DNA of 64,000 bases from an uncultured Gammaproteobacteria bacterium (GTDB lineage: Bacteria; Patescibacteriota; Patescibacteriia; Magasanikbacterales; JBBTXJ01). Within the stretch, counting starts at the first letter, position 1. Every line of letters starts with the position of its first letter. Made by a program: the position numbers and the translations under genes. Positions 58,096 through 64,000 of this stretch are shown here, in pieces. Under the pieces are notes generated by a model that ran no database searches, was not told the origin of the DNA, and saw nothing but the letters and a program-made list of their open reading frames with translations. Where the stretch lies: the NCBI GenBank assembly GCA_964610305.1, contig CAZSVL010000002.1:40522-104521 (forward strand), written 5' to 3'.

Positions 58096-58958
58096 GTGCC
58101 GCCGGCGCCCTTGTCAGGCGCTTTTAGTAATGTATAAAGAGTTTTTGTTGATTCAGATGCGTCATTTGTTCTCTGAAGCAGATTCAATTGAACCGTGCTA
58201 GCATCGTTGGTAAATTCCGTGCCATCGCCATAGGTAAATCCAGAGGTGGCGCTGTAATGGGTGCTGGTTGTGTTAATGATGCCCGCTGTACAGCTCATGT
58301 TATCGGCACTTTGAGAAGCGTCCATGTCTCTGTTGCCTGTATTGGTGAATAAGAGGGATTTTTCAGCAGATTGTGCCCCTAGTGTTAGGGTTCCATAATC
58401 AACATTCTCAGTAATGTTAAGCGCCAACAGGCTGTTGTATTCCCATGTGTCGGTGCCCTCATCAGAGGCGGACGCGTCATCTTCAACTTTTATATATGAT
58501 GTCCAATTAGTACCAGAGTGAGGCGCCCCGGCATCGGTGGGGTCTGCGTAGTATTGCAGTGCAATGGAATACTCATAGACAATATCTTGATCAGCTCCGC
58601 CGCTGCAGCCGCTGAGTGTTACGGTGCCAGCGTAGCAATCATTATTGTCTGCAGAGCATGCTTCAGCTGAGGCAACGTTGGTACGGTGCATTACTTCTGT
58701 CCATTGAGAAACAGCGTCTATCTCCTCACAGCCGTCAAGATCAGAGGCGGTTCCGTGCACGTAGACGGTAACGGTGGTGTTTTCAGAAGGCGATATGGAA
58801 GATACATCTGATCCTAAAGATGTTAGGGATGTGGTTATAGTATCAATGGTGGGAGCATTATTAGCCTGCCCTTCCGCAGCGTCAAACCATAAAAAAAAGC
58901 TAAGCATCACTGATGAGCCTATAAGAATTTTTTTGAGTACGTTGGGTATTGTCACGCA
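58053..58958 (-). CDS. secreted T/S/D/G-rich protein with conserved Cys pairs (paralog A)
   Basis: Signal peptide when started at GTG 58958. The C-terminus ...GGTCTHTIVFTAIADS parallels its paralog. Confidence 0.5.
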   Translation of the reverse strand, partial: CVTIPNVLKKILIGSSVMLSFFLWFDAAEGQANNAPTIDTITTSLTSLGSDVSSISPSENTTVTVYVHGTASDLDGCEEIDAVSQWTEVMHRTNVASAEACSADNNDCYAGTVTLSGCSGGADQDIVYEYSIALQYYADPTDAGAPHSGTNWTSYIKVEDDASASDEGTDTWEYNSLLALNITENVDYGTLTLGAQSAEKSLLFTNTGNRDMDASQSADNMSCTAGIINTTSTHYSATSGFTYGDGTEFTNDASTVQLNLLQRTNDASESTKTLYTLLKAPDKGAGGTCTHTIVFTAIADS

Positions 58959-58983
58959 TATAGTATAGCATAATACACGGATC

Positions 58984-59012
58984 AAAAAACCCTCTGATAG
59001 AGGGTTTTTTGT
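58984..59012. terminator. bidirectional terminator
   Basis: AAAAAACCCTC-TGATA-GAGGGTTTTTT. Confidence 0.7.
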
Positions 59013-59029
59013 GCCATCGTAAAAGTGTT

Positions 59030-60085
59030 TTAGTTAGCGTGATCTGCGTCTTGCAGAGAGGTAAGGGTAATGGTACCCGTACAGGTTCCGCTTACACCAG
59101 TGGTAGGTGTATGGATAGCTAGATATAGCTGCGTGCTGCTAGAGGTAGAGCTAGTTGTTCTCTTAGTTAGTCCAAGAGAAATAGTCGTAGATTCTGATGT
59201 TCCCAAGTTCCTAGCGGTACCGGTAGCAAGTCCAAATTCTGACTCTGTTACGTTAAAGTAGATTCTTGAGAGTGAAATGGTACCAGCTCCGCATGACAGC
59301 GTTCCACCAGATTTGGTTACATCCAGTGTGCGGTTTCCGGTGTTACCAATTCCCAGCGTTTGGCGTCCTTTTGAACCGGTGCTGGATGCCAAAGGCATGG
59401 TGCCAAAGTCAATTCCAGTAGTAAGTTCCATGGCGAGTAGTCCGCCCAATTCAAATGCTTTAGAGGCAGTTCCAGCGTCACCATCGCTGTCATCAGTTAC
59501 TGCTGCAAAAGCTGCCCATGTAGTATCAGAGAATTGAGAATCCGCGTCTGTTGGCTCCATGTAGTGCGGCATGTGATACTTAACGTGATAGTTCATTTCA
59601 GTATCTGCAGCAGATGCGCAGTTAGAACCATCTGATCCTGCGTTTGGTGAGTTTGCATTTCCTAAAGTGGTAGACACCATATCAGTTCTTCTGCAGCTAT
59701 CTATGTCTTCCGTGCAAGAGCTTGTGTTGCTCACAGAGGCGCGGTACACAGAGAAGTCCCAGTTTCCTCCATCAGCATCTGTGCTTGGGTTATCAATTTC
59801 TTGGCAGCTGTTTTCATCCGTAACTTTTCCGTGAATGAACAGATCAGTAGGAGTTACTCCTTCTGCAAGCCAAATGGTTGTGGTGGCTGATCCGTATTCT
59901 GTAGCAGAAACGGTAATGTTGTTTATTACCGGATCTACATTACTTATGGTGACAGATCCGGTGCTGTCGTCAGCAGAGGATCTTGTCAGGATTAAGGCTA
60001 TCACTGCGGCTACGGCAATTATCGTAAAGGCAATTCCGTAAACCAAGTGAGCTGAGCCTTGCTTTGAGTTTGATGGCATACGCAT
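59030..60085 (-). CDS. secreted/anchored T/S/D/G-rich protein with conserved Cys pairs (paralog B)
   Basis: N-terminal signal-anchor. Shared motifs with paralog A (TGNR.LD; GTCTGTITLTSL). Confidence 0.5.
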   Translation of the reverse strand: MRMPSNSKQGSAHLVYGIAFTIIAVAAVIALILTRSSADDSTGSVTISNVDPVINNITVSATEYGSATTTIWLAEGVTPTDLFIHGKVTDENSCQEIDNPSTDADGGNWDFSVYRASVSNTSSCTEDIDSCRRTDMVSTTLGNANSPNAGSDGSNCASAADTEMNYHVKYHMPHYMEPTDADSQFSDTTWAAFAAVTDDSDGDAGTASKAFELGGLLAMELTTGIDFGTMPLASSTGSKGRQTLGIGNTGNRTLDVTKSGGTLSCGAGTISLSRIYFNVTESEFGLATGTARNLGTSESTTISLGLTKRTTSSTSSSTQLYLAIHTPTTGVSGTCTGTITLTSLQDADHAN

Positions 60086-60117
60086 GGTTTATGCAAGGTT
60101 TTAGTAAAAGTTAGTGC

Positions 60118-60354
60118 TTATTCTTCTATCTGTAGATTGACCTCTACAGAGTTATTTGAGCCTTCAGAGGGTGGAGTTATCTCTCCAATCTGCAGGCGTA
60201 CTTCCGTACTGTTGTTGCTCCCCTCCGATTGCACCATTTCATCAGGGGCAGCATCAGCAGGCTGCGTTGCGCTATTGCGCGTCGCAAGGTTTGCTACAAG
60301 TACGATAACGGCCGCTACAGCCACCACCGCAGCAATCCTACTGTATTGTTGCAT
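60118..60354 (-). CDS. small membrane-anchored protein with duplicated SEGSNNS.EV.LQI.E motif
   Basis: N-terminal TM plus two tandem 16-aa repeats. Has its own extended -10 promoter. Confidence 0.4.
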   Translation of the reverse strand: MQQYSRIAAVVAVAAVIVLVANLATRNSATQPADAAPDEMVQSEGSNNSTEVRLQIGEITPPSEGSNNSVEVNLQIEE

Positions 60355-60380
60355 AGCGTTGTTGATTAATGGATGGCATT

Positions 60381-60389
60381 AGTATACCA
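60381..60389 (-). promoter_or_regulatory. extended -10 element TGgTATACT
   Basis: On the minus strand about 25 nt upstream of ATG 60354. Confidence 0.4.
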
Positions 60390-60436
60390 CATTTCACTTC
60401 TTCTTTTTTTTGTAAATAATTTTTGATGTGGATAAG

Positions 60437-62080
60437 TTATAACTGCGTCCTTCTATCGCTCCAAAGAAATAGTAGAGACATGCCACAGATAGCAATGATG
60501 ATAGACAAAGTGGTGGCAGGACTTCTTTCTTTTTTACTGAGCTGTATGGATATGCGACGCGCCTCTTTTTTATCAACTGTTTTCACAAAGCTGTTTATAA
60601 AAGCGGTGTTGCCAGCTCTATCATGGGCGGTGATACCGAGTGTTATTTTTTTTGTCCCTCTTGTTTGTATTTCGTAGGGAGACTTGTCAATGGTGACGGC
60701 GCTCATTTCATTTTCTTGGATACTAAAATGGGATATTCCAGAGAGCTCATCAATCGCCTGGATATCAGCTATAAGGTGTGTGGAACGGTCAATGAGAAAG
60801 GCCTGATACTCCACGCCATGTATTTGAGGAGGTGTTGAGTCAATTTTTAGTTGCAGATGTGCCGTTGTTTCTGCCGACCCGCCTTCTGGTTTTACGTGGG
60901 CATACCATATGCCATCTTCTAATTCTTGCGTCAGAGAAAGAGCCTCTTGTGGTTCGCCTGCTGGGTCAGTAAGCGGATTTTGATCTATAGCGGCATACGC
61001 CCTGTCTGCTCCCTGCAGTTGCCATGAGATTTCTGCTGATGTGGCGCTATACCACTGGTATTCGCTAGGATGCGTTGGAGAGTTCAGTGATGTGACGCTG
61101 GGCTCTGAAGGGGCAATTTTGTCTTCCGGCGCATCGGGCGCCTTTTTTGGAACAGAAAGCGTTAATGTTTGGCTTTTGGGAGTGAGTGTTTTTCCCGTTA
61201 GAGCTTCATATATCCAAGAGCCGGCGTCCATTTCAATTTTATGCGACCCCTCATTGAGAATTTTAAACGTAACGCGCATGACCGGTACATCGCCGTGACG
61301 GTATCCACTTCCGGGCACACCACCAGAAAAGTGGATTTTTCCACGTTCATCATTAACGGGTGTTTGGTTCCATATGTTAAAGCCTGAATGGTCATATTTT
61401 ATATCCAGCACTTGCAGATCCCCATCAGGGAACGATACAGCACCTTCTAGAGCGTTTATATGGTTGTTTCCCGTGTTTATAGACACATCCACCACCAACA
61501 CTTCTGTAACGCCCTTTGTAACTACACTAGAGGCCGCTAGCTGAGCGGAGGCAATAATTTCTCTATGTTGCTTTATGAGCCATTGAGGGGTTTGCGTTGG
61601 CTCTACCTCTGGTAGTTCTGGCAATGGAGTAAGTGCAGGACACGCCGCCGTATTTAAAAAGGGGAGAAGTTGCGCCAGATCTGCTCCGCCAATAGACCCG
61701 TCTTCATTTAAGTCAAAAACGCCTTCCGATCCTCCCCAAAAAAGGCTCATGAGCGATAAATCCTTACAGTCTATTTCGTTATCGTCATTAAAGTCCGCTT
61801 CTCCTTTTTCTAGTTTTTTTATGGGGATAAGGCTGGGTGTTTCTTTTCTTGGTGGGGAGCCGCCATACGCCGGGTTAGGGTCTTCATTGTCCTGCGGATT
61901 GTAAGAGGATTCTGATGAAGAAGACGATGAGGATGAGCTTGATGATTCTTCTGCATCACCTATTCTTACAACCAAATAGGCAAAATCTGCCACTGCAATG
62001 CTTGGCGCCAGTACACCAAAAAGAAGCACCAAAAGGGAGCCTATTGGAAGGGCTTTTGTTTTAAGAAAATTAAAACCCAT
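60437..62080 (-). CDS. secreted dockerin-domain protein with poly-Ser linker, cohesin-like/Ig-like beta-sandwich region and C-terminal TM anchor
   Basis: Signal peptide MGFNFLKTKALPIGSLLVLLFGVLAPSIAVA. Two Ca-binding dockerin loops (DFNDDNEIDCKDL and DLNEDGSIGGADL). C-terminal TM. Confidence 0.6.
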   Translation of the reverse strand: MGFNFLKTKALPIGSLLVLLFGVLAPSIAVADFAYLVVRIGDAEESSSSSSSSSSSESSYNPQDNEDPNPAYGGSPPRKETPSLIPIKKLEKGEADFNDDNEIDCKDLSLMSLFWGGSEGVFDLNEDGSIGGADLAQLLPFLNTAACPALTPLPELPEVEPTQTPQWLIKQHREIIASAQLAASSVVTKGVTEVLVVDVSINTGNNHINALEGAVSFPDGDLQVLDIKYDHSGFNIWNQTPVNDERGKIHFSGGVPGSGYRHGDVPVMRVTFKILNEGSHKIEMDAGSWIYEALTGKTLTPKSQTLTLSVPKKAPDAPEDKIAPSEPSVTSLNSPTHPSEYQWYSATSAEISWQLQGADRAYAAIDQNPLTDPAGEPQEALSLTQELEDGIWYAHVKPEGGSAETTAHLQLKIDSTPPQIHGVEYQAFLIDRSTHLIADIQAIDELSGISHFSIQENEMSAVTIDKSPYEIQTRGTKKITLGITAHDRAGNTAFINSFVKTVDKKEARRISIQLSKKERSPATTLSIIIAICGMSLLFLWSDRRTQL

Positions 62081-62125
62081 CTTTCTTTGCAGCAAGTATA
62101 CCATAGGTACTCCATAAATAATGTG

Positions 62126-62131
62126 GTATAA
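62126..62131 (+). promoter_or_regulatory. -10 element TATAAT placed 10 nt before ATG 62142 (possible leaderless mRNA)
   Basis: TGGTATAATCTTCTCACTATG. No SD sequence is present. Confidence 0.35.
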
Positions 62132-62141
62132 TCTTCTCACT

Positions 62142-63158
62142 ATGGGTGACAATATCTCATTTGAGAAAAAAAATGTTCTTGTCACAGGAGGGGCCGGCTT
62201 TATTGGTTCTCTGCTGTGTGAAGAGCTTATAAAGGAAGCGCGTGTTATTTGTATGGATAACTTTTTATCCAGCAGCGCGTTTAACATAGACCATTTGTTG
62301 CCTTACGATGACTTTGAGTTTGTTAAGCATGATGTTTCCGTACCTTTTAAGCTCACCGATTTTTCAGAGATTGAAAAATTTGCCGTAGAGTTTCAGGGAG
62401 TGCAAGAGGTGTATCATTTGGCATGTCCCACAGCACCAAAACATTTTGATGAATTTAAGGTAGATACGCTTAAGGCAAACTCGCTGGCAATGATAAATAC
62501 GCTAGAGATTGCCAAGCAATACAAAGCCAAATATTTATTTGCCAGCAGCTCTGTGGTGTATGGTCCGCCAAAAGAAAAGGACATGAGATTTGCAGAGAAT
62601 TTTACGGGTGTGGTGGATCAGCTCAGCAAGCGTGCTTGCTATGACGAGGGAAAGCGTTTTGGCGAGACATGCGTTGATACGTACCGGCAAATGTTTGATC
62701 TTGATGTAAGGATCGCCAGGATTTTCCGCACGTATGGCCCACGCATGCAACTGCGCGAGGGGCGCATGATTCCTGATTTTGTTCTCAGTGCACTTGATGG
62801 AAAAGATTTGGTTATTCATGGAGATGAAACGTTCTCTACCTCTGTTTGCTATGTTTCAGATATTGTAGATGGTCTTATAAGGCTGATGCACAGGAATGAG
62901 TACTTGGGACCGGTAAATATTGGAGATGATAAACGTTACCTGATTTCAGAAATCGCTCAGAAGATTATTGATTTGTTAGAATCAGAGTCCAAGATTACGT
63001 ATGAGGCAAAAATTGCCTTTATGACATCACTTGGTTTGCCTGATCTTACAAAAGCGCGCGAAGAGTTGGGTTGGGTGCCGCTTGTTCGTTTAGAGGATGG
63101 TCTGCGTAAGGTAATTGACTACACTATCGCAAACAAGGAGTCTTTGCGGGAATTTTAA
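62142..63158 (+). CDS. UDP-glucuronate decarboxylase-like SDR (UXS / ArnA-C-like)
   Basis: VLVTGGAGFIGS; ASSSVVYG; ACYDEGKR (YxxxK); RIARIFRTYGPRM..GRMIPDF. All closely match UXS-family blocks. Confidence 0.75.
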   Translation: MGDNISFEKKNVLVTGGAGFIGSLLCEELIKEARVICMDNFLSSSAFNIDHLLPYDDFEFVKHDVSVPFKLTDFSEIEKFAVEFQGVQEVYHLACPTAPKHFDEFKVDTLKANSLAMINTLEIAKQYKAKYLFASSSVVYGPPKEKDMRFAENFTGVVDQLSKRACYDEGKRFGETCVDTYRQMFDLDVRIARIFRTYGPRMQLREGRMIPDFVLSALDGKDLVIHGDETFSTSVCYVSDIVDGLIRLMHRNEYLGPVNIGDDKRYLISEIAQKIIDLLESESKITYEAKIAFMTSLGLPDLTKAREELGWVPLVRLEDGLRKVIDYTIANKESLREF

Positions 63159-63159
63159 G

Positions 63160-63245
63160 TCAGGCATTAGGCAGTAGGCATTAGGCTTCAGTGATCGCAC
63201 CTTAAAAGTGCGCTAATGCCTGAGGCCTACTGCCTAATGCCTCAA
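63160..63245. repeat. nested palindrome built from (TAGGCA)-type repeats: AGGCATTAGGCAGTAGGCATTAGGC ... GCCTACTGCCTAATGCCT, with inner hairpin CGCAC..GTGCG
   Basis: Read directly. It sits between the UXS stop and the terminator. Confidence 0.6.
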
Positions 63246-63268
63246 AAAAGGCGCTTGCCTTTTTTTTG
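63246..63268. terminator. bidirectional terminator
   Basis: AAAAAAGGC-GCTT-GCCTTTTTTTT. Confidence 0.7.
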
Positions 63269-63289
63269 ATCCTGATGTTCACTACTAGG

Positions 63290-63946
63290 ATGAATGACAC
63301 GGTAGTGGTAATCCCTGCGTACAATGAGAGCGGTAGAATAGGGCAGACTATTAAAGGGCTTGCTGATTTGCCCTATGATCTTGTGGTGGTAGATGATGGC
63401 TCTTCTGACGGGACTGCTCAGGCCTGCGCTGGCGCAACGGTTTTGCGGCACGGTCTAAATAGAGGGCAAGGGGCTGCTCTTCAGACCGGGACACAATGGG
63501 CGCTGCAAAGAGGCGCCTCTTACGTGGTACACTTTGATGCTGATGGTCAGTTTGAGCCATCAGATATAAAAAGAGCGCTTGACATAGTGCGCAGTACAGA
63601 TATCCACATTATTTTGGGGTCACGATTTTTGGGAGAGAGCAGCGAGCTCCCCTTTACTAAGCGCTACATTATTTTTCCAGTGGCACGCGTCATAAATTGG
63701 GCTTTTTCTGGCTTGTGGCTCTCAGATGTTCATAACGGCTTTAGAGTTATGACGAGCCGTGCCGCATCTGAAATAAATATTGAGGTTGATCGCATGGCTC
63801 ACAATACGAACATTTTAAGCCAGATCAGAAAAAAGAAGTTGAGCTATCAGGAAATGCCCGTACGGGTATATTATCATAGGTACGGACAGGGTGTTGGCGG
63901 AGGTTTTAAGATAATGGGAGATTTACTCATGGGTTGGTTTTCGTAA
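63290..63946 (+). CDS. GT2 polyprenyl-phosphate glycosyltransferase (GtrB/ArnC-like)
   Basis: VVVIPAYNESGRI...LVVVDDGSSDGT...HFDADGQ. Confidence 0.75.
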   Translation: MNDTVVVIPAYNESGRIGQTIKGLADLPYDLVVVDDGSSDGTAQACAGATVLRHGLNRGQGAALQTGTQWALQRGASYVVHFDADGQFEPSDIKRALDIVRSTDIHIILGSRFLGESSELPFTKRYIIFPVARVINWAFSGLWLSDVHNGFRVMTSRAASEINIEVDRMAHNTNILSQIRKKKLSYQEMPVRVYYHRYGQGVGGGFKIMGDLLMGWFS

Positions 63947-63948
63947 AT

Positions 63949-64000
63949 TATGGCATTTATTCAAACAGCGCTGCTGCTTTTTGTAGCATTTGCAGCGTAC
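63949..64000 (+). CDS. 5' fragment of a probable GtrA-like small membrane protein (continues beyond window)
   Basis: Begins 2 nt after the GtrB-like stop. MAFIQTALLLFVAFAAY... is a hydrophobic GtrA-like start. Confidence 0.3.

Noticed and set aside
59070-60041. Plus-strand ORFs (59070-59261, 59277-59537, 59835-60041) antisense to paralog B
   Set aside because: Antisense to a supported CDS, short, and lacking start signals.

Overview
The window reads as an accessory, cell-envelope-focused region of a low- to mid-GC bacterium, using the standard genetic code (TGA is a stop). Core genes are tmRNA (ssrA) with smpB, an AI-2E transporter, a type I signal peptidase, an ECF sigma/anti-sigma pair and a subtilisin. 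Most of the window is a very large surface-glycan locus. It holds five Wzy_C/O-antigen-ligase-like membrane proteins, three of them tandem paralogs carrying C-terminal TPR-like tails, plus many GT4/GT2 glycosyltransferases, several of them multi-domain fusions (GT4-GT4, GT2-GT4, GT4-GT4-methyltransferase). It also encodes a Gmd-Fcl GDP-fucose fusion enzyme, a truncated Ugd-like dehydrogenase, a UXS-like UDP-GlcA decarboxylase, a NodU/CmcH carbamoyltransferase, a GT-C (ArnT/PMT-like) transferase, Dpm1/GtrB-like polyprenyl-phosphate GT2s, and a WbaP-like initiating sugar transferase. Three classes of secreted proteins are interleaved with this locus. The first is Cys-rich, GE-repeat lipoproteins with the Myxococcus-type '[16 protein letters not shown]' motif, sitting on a GC-richer island. 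The second is a 1256-aa S/T/D-rich giant surface protein downstream of the ECF pair. The third is a minus-strand cluster of paralogous surface proteins plus a dockerin/cohesin-like protein, ending in the signal peptidase. The non-coding DNA is unusually structured. Heptamer 'iteron' arrays of a conserved architecture (direct array, short hairpin, inverted array) occur at three promoter regions, two of them flanking the GC-rich island. There is a 152-bp MITE-like element with perfect 22-bp terminal inverted repeats, a nested (TAGGCA)n palindrome, duplicated 24-bp operators at an excisionase-family HTH gene, and several promoters of the form TTGACA-17-TGnTAnnnT. Many ORFs in the supplied track are antisense or repeat-frame artefacts and were discarded.
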